A stretch of 64,000 nucleotides of DNA. Origin: Octopus vulgaris (taxonomy: Eukaryota). Numbering within the stretch: position 1 is the stretch's first letter; the number at the start of each line of letters is the position of its first letter. Both the position numbers and the translations under genes were made by a program. The DNA lies in assembly GCA_951406725.2 (NCBI GenBank), contig OX597817.1, positions 22,072,001-22,136,000 of the forward strand, read 5' to 3'. Below, piece after piece: positions 26,070 through 38,863 of this stretch. The notes under the pieces are model-generated. The model saw only the letters and a program-made list of their open reading frames with translations, had not been told where the DNA came from and made no database searches.

Positions 26070-26402
26070 GACAGACACACAGACTGACAGACAGACGTAC
26101 GGACAACAGACGGGCAGGCAGGAAGGCAGGCAGAGAGACAGATAGACTGACAGACAGCTAGATTATTTTCTACTCTAAGCACAATATATAGGCCTACATA
26201 CAGGAAGAGACAGATAGTTAGATATACATAATATGGCGCTAGCCGTTGGCATTAGCGGGGTCAGAATGTGTAACATCGGATGACGGGTGTTGTAAAAATC
26301 TTGAACAAAAGCCCGTGTACATGAACATGTTAAATATGATTGCATACAACTATACTTCATCCAAAGCCACTTAGTGCACCTCACAATATTTACAGATATA
26401 AA

Positions 26403-26860
26403 GGCGGCAAGCTGGCAGAAACGTTAGCATGCCGGGCGAAATGCGTAGCCGTATTTCGTCTGCCGTTTAGCCCCTTGCGGGTAGTGAAGAAATACGTATT
26501 TCGTCTGTCGCTACGTTCTCAGTTAAAATTCCGCCGAGGTCGACTTTGCCTTTCATCCTTTCGGGGTCGATAAATTCAGTACCAGTTACGCACTGGGGTT
26601 GATATAATCGACTTAATCCGCTTGTCTGTCCTTGTTTGTTCTTTCTGTGTGTAGCCCCTTGTGAGTAGTAAAGAAATAGGTATTTCGTCTGTCTTTTAAT
26701 CCGTTTGTCTGTCCTTATGTTCTGAGTTCAAATTCCACCGAGGTCGACTTTGACTTTCATACTTTCGGGGTCGATAAATTAAGAACCGGTGGCGTACTGG
26801 GGTCGATCTAACTGACTGGCTACCTCCCCCGAGCCTTGTGCCTAGAGTAGAAAGGAATAT
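26403..26860 (+). mobile_element. SINE family B with internal partial duplications
   Basis: ggcggc(a/g)agctggcagaaacgttagc head and central gcctttcatcctttcggggtcgataaa block, the latter present twice. Confidence 0.85.
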
Positions 26861-26948
26861 TTACACATATACGCATATGTGAATGTACCAATGTACATAC
26901 TTATGCTCACGCAACGCACACGCATATATATATATATATATATATATA

Positions 26949-27156
26949 GTTAATCCAAACAAGAAAGCACAAAGAAACACAACAACGCGAGGACGTGGAA
27001 CAAATATAGTATTATTGGACGCTCAGGAAAGAAGGAAAGAAGGAAGGTTTAACATTTCGAGCGGAGCTTTTCGTCGGATAAATAGGAGAAGGAAAGATCC
27101 AGAGAAGGGAAGACAGAGGAAAAAAAATCGCCAACGGTACACACATGGTCACATTT

Positions 27157-27160
<4 letters not shown>
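26949..27160 (-). mobile_element. Penelope-like pLTR family P2 with minimal hammerhead-like motif
   Basis: Minus strand CCGACGA-aaagc-tcc-gctc-GAAA-tgtta. Homologous copy at 54240-54455 (+). Flanked by (TA)n on both sides. Confidence 0.6.
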
Positions 27161-27219
<59 letters not shown>

Positions 27220-28074
27220 GGGATATACGCAGCTATGCCTGCTTTATGAAAATTGAAATGTTAAGTAGGCGCGCAAGTATCATTGAGACAATTGAATATG
27301 CACCGGTAGTAATAGAAGAATCATTATTCAAATTATAAAAAGAATTATAATTTTGTATCGAAAATTAATTTTAATATTGGGGTTGTCACCTTTGCGTTTT
27401 TGTTTCATTTTTTAACCAGACATAATTATTTAGATAGTTATTGTTTGCAATACTAACAACGTAATTTTAATTAATATATTTTAATTAATTACATATAAAT
27501 ATGTAATTAGTTTCTAGTATGCTAGCGTCCATCTTTTGTGTCTGTGTGTGTATATGTGTGTATGCACATCCACACGCATATTCACACACATGCGCGCTCG
27601 CCCACATATACACACACCCAAACTTCAAGCTTTCAATGGAAGCAAAAATGAATTTTGTATCGCTCCTGTTTCTTTTTCGCTATTTCCTCGGCATTTTTTT
27701 ACGTGAAACGTAGGATCCACATCTATATTCTTTCGTCCTTTTACTGTTTTACATGTTTAAATAATTTAACTGTGGCCATGTTGCAGCACCACCTTTAAGT
27801 CGCGCAAATCGACCCTCGGACTTATTCTTTGTAAGCCTAGTACTTATGTTTATCGGTCTCTTATGCCGAACCGTTAAGTTACAGAGACCTAAACATACCA
27901 GCATCGGTTGTCAATCGATGATGGTGGACAAACACACTCACAAACATACACACACACACATACACACGCGCACGTGCACACACATACACGCACGCACATA
28001 CACACACACACACACACATACAAATACACACACACACACACACACACATACAAATACACACACACACACACACG

Positions 28075-28107
<33 letters not shown>

Positions 28108-28109
<2 letters not shown>

Positions 28110-28304
28110 TTATTATATAGAAGGAGCTTCTACAGGACTAGAACTGTTTCATTCAAGAGAAATCTTCAGGAGCTTCCTGAAGATTTCTCTTGAATGAAAC
28201 AGTTCTAGTCCTGTAGAAGCTCCTTCTATATAATAAATTAATTTTACTCTGCTATGTATTGAGTACCTTATTTACTGAGGTTAACCCCGAATCAACCCGG
28301 GACC

Positions 28305-28308
<4 letters not shown>
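28108..28308. mobile_element. Perfect ~130-bp palindrome plus tail: Penelope-like pLTR fragment with inverted 5' copy
   Basis: 28108-28171 is the exact reverse complement of 28175-28238, with loop gct. Flanked by (TA)n. Confidence 0.8.
28169..28223 (+). ncRNA. Type I hammerhead ribozyme
   Basis: ggagcttc CTGAAGA t ttc tctt gaa t GAA acag ttctagtc ctgt A^gaagctcc: 8-bp helix I, short helix II, 4-bp helix III, GUA cleavage triplet. Confidence 0.7.
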
Positions 28309-28359
<51 letters not shown>

Positions 28360-28499
28360 GACGGTCTTCTTTCAGCTTCCGTCTACCAAATCCACTCACA
28401 AGGCTTTGGTCGACCCGAAGCTATAGTGGAAGATATTTGCACAATGTGCCAAGCAGTGGGACTGAACCCGAAACCATGTGGTTGGTAAGCAATGACAGA

Positions 28500-28618
28500 C
28501 GTTTACAGCAAATAGGTTTCCCAAACGGTCACCTATCTCAGTACTAACTAGGCTCAATGTTGCTTATCTTCGGTGATCGGATGAGAACCGTTGTTTTCAA
28601 CCTGATATGGCCGTGCAT
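28500..28618 (-). pseudogene. 5S rRNA pseudogene
   Basis: Minus strand acggccatatcaggttgaaaacaacggttctcatccgatcaccgaagataagcaacattgagcctagttagtactgagataggtgaccgtttgggaaacctatttgctgta matches metazoan 5S rRNA with many substitutions. No T-run terminator. Confidence 0.88.
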
Positions 28619-29872
28619 ATATATATTTATCACAACGATCGTTTCCGCGCATCCTGCACCGCTCCCTCATGGCTGGGAAGCTACACAATGAATTACAGTG
28701 CACCCCACAGTGCAGATGCATCGCTTCATGTGATGCAACTTAGTTTCTCGTTACATAAGTGTTGTTTTGCTCTTAACCTTAACAAGTGCTTGCCGGCAGT
28801 AATCGTATCTAAAATGCATGTGTGTGTGTGTGTGTGTCTGTCTGTCTGTCTGTCCGTTTGTCTGTCTGTGAAATGATGACAAACATAAATTTATATTACT
28901 TGTTCCCTGCGTACGTTTCACCATCGTGGCTGTCCGGAAACGCTGCATTAGTTCGTCGGAGTGCAATTGGACATTTAGTCACAACGAATCATCAGATGAA
29001 TACTTTATTGCAAGTATAATATCCGAATCAGTAGCTGCTGTTACAAAATGGTGATTGGGTTAGGTTTCTCTCATTGTTAAATAGGTGGGATATGAATTTA
29101 ACACCTATTAAGAATTTCTGAATATTTAAGTAAATATTTTCACTTCGTCTCAGCTTTTGTATGGTCACAATTTCTTCTTAGAACTGCATTTAAATTTCCA
29201 TCAAATCACACACATTTTTTTAATATGTAATGATAGACGCAATATCATTACACACACACTGCAGTCTTGAAAATATGTAAAAAGACGCCATGAAAACTTT
29301 ATGCTATTATACGCCTAAGAAAGACCAGATGGTCACAGTTATTGGACATTGTCAACTCGGTTAAGGATAACTTGATGTCAAAGAATTAACACTAGCACTG
29401 CGACACAACAATCAGTAGAATTATTTGAAATTTATATCTGTGAACAGGTGGTCATATATTTTGCAAACGGCTATTTCGCTTCAACTACAGAAAGACCACT
29501 TCGCAGCTTTACTTTGACTAATTCATTTCATCTGTAAAGGGCTTTAGGTCCTTTAAAGATTTCCACTATCCTACATTTAGGAATCTGAGGCTTTTAAGCC
29601 AATGTAAGATGTCGTGATTGCGGTCGTCGTGATTGTTGTTGAGTAGCAAAATTAATACTATATTAATTACAAGTAAATACAATTTTAGATATTAAAAACT
29701 AATAAAATATCATATTCTTTTTTTTTTGTTTTTCAATAAGAAACAAACAACAAAGAAAACCATTTAAGATATTTTTGTATAATTCTAATCAATCAAAAAT
29801 GCTGATGCAATATCGATTTCAAAGGAAAAACAATAATAATAATAATGGTGGTGGTGGAGGTGACGATAACAA

Positions 29873-29904
<32 letters not shown>

Positions 29905-30002
29905 TAATAATAATAATAACGATAATAATAATGATAATAATAATGATAATGATAATAATAATGATAATAATGATGATAATGATGATGATGATGATGATGA
30001 TA

Positions 30003-30045
<43 letters not shown>

Positions 30046-30109
30046 TAATAATAATAATAATAATAATAATAATATTAATAATAATAATAATAAAAATGAT
30101 AATGATAAT

Positions 30110-30147
<38 letters not shown>

Positions 30148-30152
30148 TATTG

Positions 30153-30225
<73 letters not shown>
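29873..30225. repeat. (AAT)n/(GAT)n microsatellite
   Basis: Direct reading. Confidence 0.95.
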
Positions 30226-30226
<1 letters not shown>

Positions 30227-30636
30227 TATGAATTGTGTATGAAAAGAAGGAAAAAAGACAGTCAAGTACATTATATTCAAATGCCGATGTTTATGACTGA
30301 GCGTAATTACAAACATATTATTGATTATTAATTTCATTCGATTCCAACTATCCAATATCTCTCGCATCCTTCCGGCCCACATTCCTTACCCTACACCCCC
30401 CAACCTCATTTTAGAAAGAGAAAAATATATTGAGTTTTATTACGATTACTCCAAACAAACAGTTTTTTTTTTGTAAATGAATCGAAATTATTTATATTAA
30501 TTATAATAATTGCATTCCCTAATAACGAAAAGTAAAAAAAAAAAAAATTTATTGGATGTTTTTATTTTTATTTAGTTGCTATTTCTATTATAATTATAAT
30601 TATAATTATTACAATTGATGATGGTATTATTATTTT

Positions 30637-30679
30637 CATTATCATCATCATCATCATTATTATTATTATTATTATTATT

Positions 30680-30742
<63 letters not shown>

Positions 30743-30791
30743 ATTATTATTATTATTATTATCATTATTATTATTATTATCATTATTATTA

Positions 30792-30846
<55 letters not shown>

Positions 30847-30977
30847 CATTATCATTAATATTATTATTATTATTATTATCGTTATTATTATTATTAATAT
30901 TATTATTATTATTATTATTATTATTATCATTATTATCATTATTATTATTATCATTATTATCATTATTATTATTATTA

Positions 30978-31012
<35 letters not shown>
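30637..31012. repeat. (ATT)n/(GTT)n/(ATC)n microsatellite
   Basis: Direct reading. Confidence 0.95.
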
Positions 31013-31289
31013 GCTGGCATTTTGTTTATAATATATTGATGTAACTGTTGGAGAGCGTTGACGTACATGATGAGCACTGGCATGTATTTGCAAAACAAGG
31101 TGGAGAGAATGAGATAAAAAAAAAAAATTTTACAGAAACACACAAGATGCTGCCAGACTGGTTCGGAGGTAAATGAACATGCATGTATTTGTTTCTAAGG
31201 CAGAGACACGTGGTACAAAAATTAAGAGTTTATTTGGAATACATCAATATCTAAAGAACAACAAGGTAGTCTGAAAAGATTTACTAACA

Positions 31290-31776
31290 GGCGCAAGAGT
31301 GGCTGTGTGGGAAGTAGCTTGTTTACCAACCACATGTTTCCGGGTTCAGTCCCACTGCGTGGCACCTTGGTTAAGGATAACTTAATATCAAAGAATTAAC
31401 ACTAGCACTGCGACACAGCAATCAGTAGAATTATTTGAAATTTATATCTGTAAACTGGTGGTCTTATACTTTACAAACGGCTAATTTTTACTATAGCCTC
31501 GGGCCGACCAAAGCCTTGTGAGTGGATTTCGTAGACGGAAACTGAAAGAAGCCCGTCGTATATATATATATATATATATATGCATATGTGTGTGTGCGTG
31601 TATGTTTGTGTTTGTCCCCCTAGCATTGCTTGACAACCGATGCTGGTGGGTTTATGTCTCCGTCACTAACGATTCGGCAAAAGACACCGATAGAATAAGT
31701 CCCGGGTTCGAGTTGCTCGATTAAAGGCGGTGCTCCAGCATGGCCACAGTCAAATGACTGAAACAAGTAAAAGAGT
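31290..31776 (+). mobile_element. SINE family A carrying a ~115-bp foreign insert (31369-31483)
   Basis: The family sequence breaks after ggcaccttgg and resumes at tactatagcctcggg. Confidence 0.85.
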
Positions 31777-32041
31777 AGAAGATAGCGCGTAAGGCACGAA
31801 TGCCGAATGAAGAAGCAAATGTCAAAATCCCTGCAACGATTTCCAGTGAGCAAGCTAATATTTGGTTGGAAGGCGACGATGATTTCTTAAGTAGAATTGT
31901 TGGCCAATTCCAAGACAAGTAGAACAGCAAACACTGAAATATGATCGGCGAAGATTTCGGTTAAATAAATTTACAGATAATACATCTATTACGGGTGTAC
32001 AGAGCAACCGCTTGGGCAGTCCTATATAGAATAAATATAGG

Positions 32042-32164
32042 GCGGCGAGCTGGCAGAAACGTTAGCGCGCCGGGCGAAATGCTTAGCGGTATTTCGTCTG
32101 TCGTTACGTCCTGAGTTCAAATTCCGCCGAAGTCGACTTTGCCTTTCATCCTTTCGGGGTCGAT
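32042..32164 (+). mobile_element. SINE family B, 5' half
   Basis: ggcggcgagctggcagaaacgttagc...cctttcggggtcgat. Confidence 0.85.
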
Positions 32165-32918
32165 GTGTGCGCATGTATATAGGTGTGTGCATGCAGATGT
32201 ATATATGTATGTGTGTGCCTCTGTATGTATGTATTCTGCATATTCATGTGCTTACGTGTCCGTGTTTGGGTGTTTTTTTATGTATGTGTGCGCACATGTG
32301 TTTATATATGGATGCACCTCTGTCTCCTTGTGTGTGCATGTCTGAATGTGTGTATGTGTGTGTTTTGCAACTATGTACCGTGTTTGTATGTATGGATGTG
32401 CATCTCCATATGTGTGGACACATGTCTCCATATTTGTCCTTGTGTGAAGTAATGTGCGTGTGCATATATGGTCATGTGTTTCATTCTCCATGTGCGTATG
32501 TGTGCTTGTCTGTTTGTATAACCTATGTACCTATCCGTCTGTATGTTGATCTGCTAATTTTCATATCCTTATGCTTGCATACATGTGCATATACACATAC
32601 ATACATATACTCACCCCCCCACACACACACACACATACATACATCTATCTACATAACAGCACACTAACTATTCTACTCTACCTGTGTAAACTGTGGGTAT
32701 GAGGGTATGATATGTACTATGTATATTTCCTATTTAGTATTGTGGAAGTTTCATTTATATATATAAAGAATTGCAGCGTGGAAAGTGTTTATAATCCATT
32801 TAAGAACACACAAAAACTGTTAGATTCAACATTTAAATTTAATTTGACAAAATATTTTCCTAGCTTTGAGACCACGACTTGTTCACTGTCACAATTCCGT
32901 GCTGCATATGTGTGTATG

Positions 32919-33021
<103 letters not shown>

Positions 33022-33634
33022 GTATATATGAGTGCGCGTGATTTTAAGTGTATGTATTTCTGTCTAATAACAGAGCAGTTATAATATTTGAAATGTTTCT
33101 TCGGTGACACTCATATGAAACCTCCAATTTATTATATATATAGTCCGTCCTTACAGCAATTGGAAAACTGCGAAACATTAACCTTTTCAACCTGCATCGA
33201 CTTACAAAATAGATTTTTATCTGAACAGGAAATAAAAAAAAATTACTTCCACACGAAATTCTAATTATCTTTATATCTGTAGCTTTTTTACTTACTAGAT
33301 AAGTACAAGTGATCACGTGTTACAATCAAATATGGTAGCGTGCTATTAGTCACTAAACATCATCCAATATGGCTAAATGGGAGTCATGAGAGGATACATT
33401 CTAATACAAGGATTAGTTGTTGTGCTGAGTAAGAGACGTGTGATGTCTTTAATAATCATTCAGTTGTTCCCAATAAAAACTATTCAGACACACACGCAAA
33501 AACACACACACACACACGCGGTCACGCACACACACACATGCACACATGTATGTATAAATTCATATGTGAATACATATGCATATATATATATAAATGAATA
33601 ATAAATTAATACATGCACACATACACACACACAC

Positions 33635-33726
<92 letters not shown>

Positions 33727-33796
33727 GTTTGAGGGAATATAAATCTAAACTTACAGGGAAAAATATTCAATTTAGAAATACTAAATCAAATTTCAC

Positions 33797-33850
<54 letters not shown>

Positions 33851-33999
33851 AGCTTTTATCAATTCAAAATGAACAATTAAATTACACCATCCAGAAAATT
33901 ACGTATAATAGAAATATTAAAATTAATATAACAATAAAATATCAATGATTAAGTAAATTGTAAAAAAAATAATAATAAAAACGTATATAATTGGTAGAA

Positions 34000-34065
34000 T
34001 AACGACACGTGTTCCGTGGCTGTATTTAAGAAATGATTATATAAATATAGCCACTCATCAGGTTA
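34000..34065 (-). ncRNA. Hammerhead-like motif with long helix II and a mutated core (GGAA), probably inactive
   Basis: Minus strand taac CUGAUGA guggcu...agccac GGAAC ACGU GUC guua. Confidence 0.6.
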
Positions 34066-34199
34066 AAAATAAACTAGAATAATAAAATAATTATATATAT
34101 ATACATACAGGCACTGGCATGTCTGAAAGATACGAGTCATGACTCATGCTCTCCAATATATAGGGGCATACTATGATTTTAGGGCTATTCACTCTATCC

Positions 34200-34814
34200 A
34201 TGTCCTTGGCCTAGCAGTTCTACCGGAGGTCGCTACCGGTTCGTGATAAGCTCTACAGATACGGATGTCCTGTCAGACGGACTTGGCCGAGGTGCTCGCA
34301 GAGTGACGAAACCGTTCTGCACGCCCCCGTTCAGTGTCCAGGCATTGCTGACTTGTGGGGTTATGTTGAACAGCTGCTGTCACATCTGTCGGTCGAGTGT
34401 GTAGTGATGATTTCACTGCCGCCCTCCTTCAATCGGGCAGGCAAAACAGTTTTCTTTTGCCAAGTGGCTGTAGTGAAAGAGGTTGTTTGGAGGTGCATGA
34501 GGATAAATATATTCCTCTTTGGTGGAGCTCTCATTGACTTTTTCCAGTTTCACTGTATCAGGCGGGCCACATCTCTATCATCCACCCCAGATATTTTTTT
34601 TTACCTTTCTATGCTGTACACATGTCCCTTCTTTTCCAGTGTATACCATGCATATTTTATTTTTTTATCTTTTTTTATTTTTCATCTTTTTATTTTGAAC
34701 ATTTAATTATTTTTTAATTTTTTTATCATTCCATTATTATATATAAACCCCCACACTCTATGTCTGTCTCTCTATTGTCCTCCTCTTCCTTCGCCCCAGT
34801 GGCAAATAACTGAA

Positions 34815-34815
<1 letters not shown>
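34200..34815 (+). pseudogene. 3' fragment of an L1/Tx1-like LINE (zinc-knuckle region and 3' UTR)
   Basis: Reads SLA*QFYRRSLPVRDKLYRYGCPVRRTWPRCSQSDETVLHAPVQCPGIADLWGYVEQLL (zf-RVT-like CxxC..ET..H....C with first C to W). Followed by (ATT)n. Confidence 0.7.
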
Positions 34816-34897
<82 letters not shown>

Positions 34898-36279
34898 CAT
34901 TTTGCTTTGGTATAGCGATTTTAATAACCTGGTGTTAGAATTCAATATACGTGTTTTTCAGAGTAAAACATAACATCAGTAGAGTACAGAGCGGTGATAG
35001 GAAATTAAAATGACAAGGGAATAAGAAATATCGCGAACTTCATTAGTTTACAGCTGTGTTTACTATAAAATAGAGTACATCCATTGTTGAATGTTTGTGC
35101 ATCATCCTATAGCTTCATCAAAGATTCAAGAATAAAGTGAATTTCTTTACACACGCATACGTATATGTATATATGTATGTATGTGTGTATGTATGTCAAG
35201 ACGTTCACTGACAGAAGGGTGTCAAGTGGAAAGCGAAAGAGAATAAACATTATAAAAATTGAAGAATAATCTATTGGTATTCCGTTGCAGTTGTTTAAAA
35301 TCATTTTTATGAATTTCCAAATGTGTTTCAACTATGATTTACATGAATAGAATGTATTTGTGACAAGCAATCTCACATTATAATATGAATGTCTGAATAT
35401 ATAGGCAGTAATTCTTAGGAGATGTATTTTATATTCCTAATATAGACTATGAAATGTTAATATATGCCACTTAATTCAGAACTAAGAATAACCAAAATAA
35501 TAGTGGTTTAATAATTTTCGATAAGTAAAATAAATTACGCATATATTGTTGTATATACTTTTTCATACTGCAATAACCAAATTAAAATATTTTTGCAGAT
35601 GAATGACCAACCTTGCTATAATTTAGAAACTGTAAAATAAAAGTCTATTTCGATCGTAGAAAGCTAAAGAAAATCTGACAATTCAAAAAATCGGTGATGA
35701 ATAATGTTTGACTTTTTACAAGTCGATTAGTAAATAGATTACGTTGCTATATTTGATCGGTACTTCTAGCAACACGTTATTATTTAAACAGGTATACGGC
35801 GGTGAGATGACAGAATGGTTAGTACGACGGATAAACTACTTAGCGGCATTTAATCCGGCTTTGCGTTCTGAGTTCGAATTATGCCTTTCAGAGGTGGTGA
35901 AGTAACTACCCATTGAGACTTGCCCCCTCTCCACAAAAATTTCATCGTGGGTCTAAAGTAGGAAGGATAACTTAAGCATGTAGTTAATATTCTTATACAT
36001 TAACTTAATTTTGTGAAGTGAAGCACCATGGAACGTTTTTCTTTCGTATTTCTATCAATTCTGTCGTTTACTTTCTCTTTGAGTATAAATTCAATAAAAA
36101 TCGTTTGTTATATATATATATATATATATATATCTGAAGAAATATATGAATTTTTAAATGAGTTTGCAACTTGTAATATGCTATTCTCTATAAAATTATG
36201 TTTCTTAACACCATAGTCGCATTTAGTGACATTTGTAATTCTCCTTTTTTGGTGAAACATTGCATAAATTATACTAATT

Positions 36280-36314
<35 letters not shown>

Positions 36315-36339
36315 ATGTATGTATTTATGTATAAATTGA

Positions 36340-37070
36340 AAATTATTAAACACAATACAAGGACAACAATGCAGAGAAAACAAAAGATGATGATAAGATA
36401 TTAGTTTAACTCGTGAAAGGAAAATGAAGCGTCTTTGACATTTTGGATGCTAGCTCCTGTTCAGAAAGAAAAGAAGGCGAAGAAAAAGCAATAGAAGAGA
36501 GGGAAGGGGAGGAACATATGTGTAAAACGATGTTAAAATATTTGGGAGAAAAGTAGAATTGTGGTGGGTTTACATGTCAATGGGAATACTCTTGAATGAA
36601 GTGGACTTAAAAGAGATAGGAGCAGGGCTTTAGGTGTTTGCATTAGCATACCTGTGCTTTGTAGCAGGTATAAAGTGGGGAATGTAATTGTATGTGATTT
36701 AGGTTATATATCTTTGTGTGGGTTTTGTAAATCTGTAAATTGCTGACATTAATGTAAAGTAAGGGTGATGTCGGTATGTGTTTGATTGCTAGGTCGGTAG
36801 AAAGAAAGTGTGTGTATGTGAGCATGTTTTTGTTTTTGAATATATGTGTCAGAGAAATGGGGTAGAGTGGTTTTCAGTGGTTGAACGCATATGCACTGTG
36901 AACATCGATGAGTGTTTGAGTGCACGTGAGCGTTTCTGTAATTGAAAAGCGTGTTATGATTAATGAATAAAAGAGAATTTTCCGGAAACGTGCGAATTGG
37001 CGCAAAAAGCGAACGTTTTATGTGAGGCATGTGTTCATGAAAAAGAAGTCAATGGAAAAGTTTATTCTGA
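36340..37070 (-). pseudogene. Highly decayed Penelope-like element (RT thumb/linker remnant plus P2-like pLTR)
   Basis: Minus strand HMPHIKRS then frameshifted QFARFRKI resembles the PLE thumb motif HPxHxKxSI..SQFxRxRR. 36340-36520 resembles 26949-27160. Confidence 0.4.
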
Positions 37071-38029
37071 TAGCAAAAAATCCGAAGGGGGAAATTAAGA
37101 ACATGTAGCCGAGAAGATAAATGCCAATATGTTGCACTGCAGAGCGGTAGTAGAAAACGTGGAAAAATGTGATACAAATGTATGATTTCCATTATTTCAA
37201 CGCCTATTGCTCTGACAGGTGCCGTCTTAGGTTATCACAACTTGTATGCAAAACAAATTGGTAAGGTCGGTTGAAATGAATTTATAATACTCTATATATT
37301 TGAATTCAGCCAATAAAATGTTGAGTAGAGCTCAAATATGCCTTAACCTCTTGATATTCCCACTTTATTGGCAAATATACTAGTGTCTACTTTTTGATTA
37401 CTCAACGGCTACGCGAATGTGTGTGAATATCATATGTATCAAAATGGGTCCGCCATAAGTATCATCTTATTTTTATATAATTCATTTAGCAATGATTTTT
37501 CTACACTAGAAAAAAATAATATATTGCTCGTTGTTGATGAAAGATGTGATGATATCAGAATATTTTGACATCGTCGCTTGACTGACACAAAAATGAAGCA
37601 TTGAAGAAAATTTCATGCAATAAATCTCAATGTAGTGATATCAAAACTTACGAAAAGAATACGAGTGCATGAATGGGTGTTTCACAGGTTACTTTACATT
37701 ATGTTTTTACAGTTCGACAGCACTAATTTTTCAAACTTATGTGATATAAAGATTATAAGATTTTTATTAGGAAACAGCATTTTTTTTAGTTTCAAAGTAA
37801 AGTGATACATTTAAAGATATTAAGCAAACACTTTCAGCCGAGAACTGAGAACACGGGTACGAATATCGTCTTCAATATCTACATCGATATCGATATCAAT
37901 CGGTTGAGAAATTGAAACGGAATAAAATATTAAGATAGAATTGAATTATTGGAGATTAAACAAGGTATTTTGGTTATGCAAAATATTAGTCGTAATTTTT
38001 TTTTTACTATAGTCACGGAGTCTGAAATT

Positions 38030-38205
38030 TTTGAGTTGAAGGAGATAGTCGATTACATTGACCTCAGTGCTCGACTAATACTTAAGTTTTCGACCCCCAA
38101 AGGATGGAAGGCAAAGTCGACCACTGCCGCATCAGAATTCAGATATAATATCGGGAGAAATGACACTAAGCTTTTTTGTCAAGCGTGCTAACGATACTGC
38201 CAGCT
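38030..38205 (-). mobile_element. SINE family B, diverged
   Basis: tcgacccccaaaggatggaaggcaaagtcgacc...gctaacgatactgccagctc. Confidence 0.7.
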
Positions 38206-38264
38206 CACATATCATTATTATTATTATTATTATTATCGTTATTATTATTATTACTATTATTATT

Positions 38265-38317
<53 letters not shown>

Positions 38318-38679
38318 TGATGATGATGATGAGGAGGAGGAGGAGGAAAAAGGCATCGGAGGGGTGATGTATACCCTAAGCGCAGATAATTTCTTTCGCA
38401 AATTATAGTGTGGCTTACAATGCGGTACTTACCCATGCTTTTTCATTGAACTGAATTAAGCTTTGTAAGTATTTGACTAAATTTGCTTAGCGGTAAATTT
38501 GTAATTTTGATTTTCTTTTATTGAAAAATATTTTTTGATTAAGTATCAGCATTATAGTGCCGTGAAGTTAAGAAACCAACTCGTAAATAAACGAAACCCT
38601 CAAATTCCTCACTGTACACAAACACACACACAGAGTCGCATATCTATGTATGCATTTATGAATCTTTGAAGATAATCAG

Positions 38680-38827
38680 ACCACATTTTCATCATTTCGA
38701 GCCACTCCCCCAATAAGTATTTTTGCCAAATTTGGTTAGAATCCGTTCAGCCGTTTTCCAGTTACTTTGCCAACACACAGACAATGACGAGTGATTACAA
38801 TACCCTGCTTTGTCATACGCGTGCAGT

Positions 38828-38830
<3 letters not shown>
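38680..38830. mobile_element. Possible Helentron/DINE-like non-autonomous element end
   Basis: caaatttggttagaatccgttcagccgtt...acacagac...gattacaataccc motif order recalls such elements. Recognised by pattern only. Confidence 0.35.

Positions 38831-38863
<33 letters not shown>

Larger units (their letters stand above)
27736..28490 (-). mobile_element. SINE family A, missing its A-box and interrupted in its microsatellite by a hammerhead palindrome
   Basis: Tail at 27736-27930 and body at 28357-28490 match the family. Confidence 0.8.

Noticed and set aside
29775-31143. Poly-I, poly-N and poly-L ORFs
   Set aside because: Trinucleotide microsatellite translations
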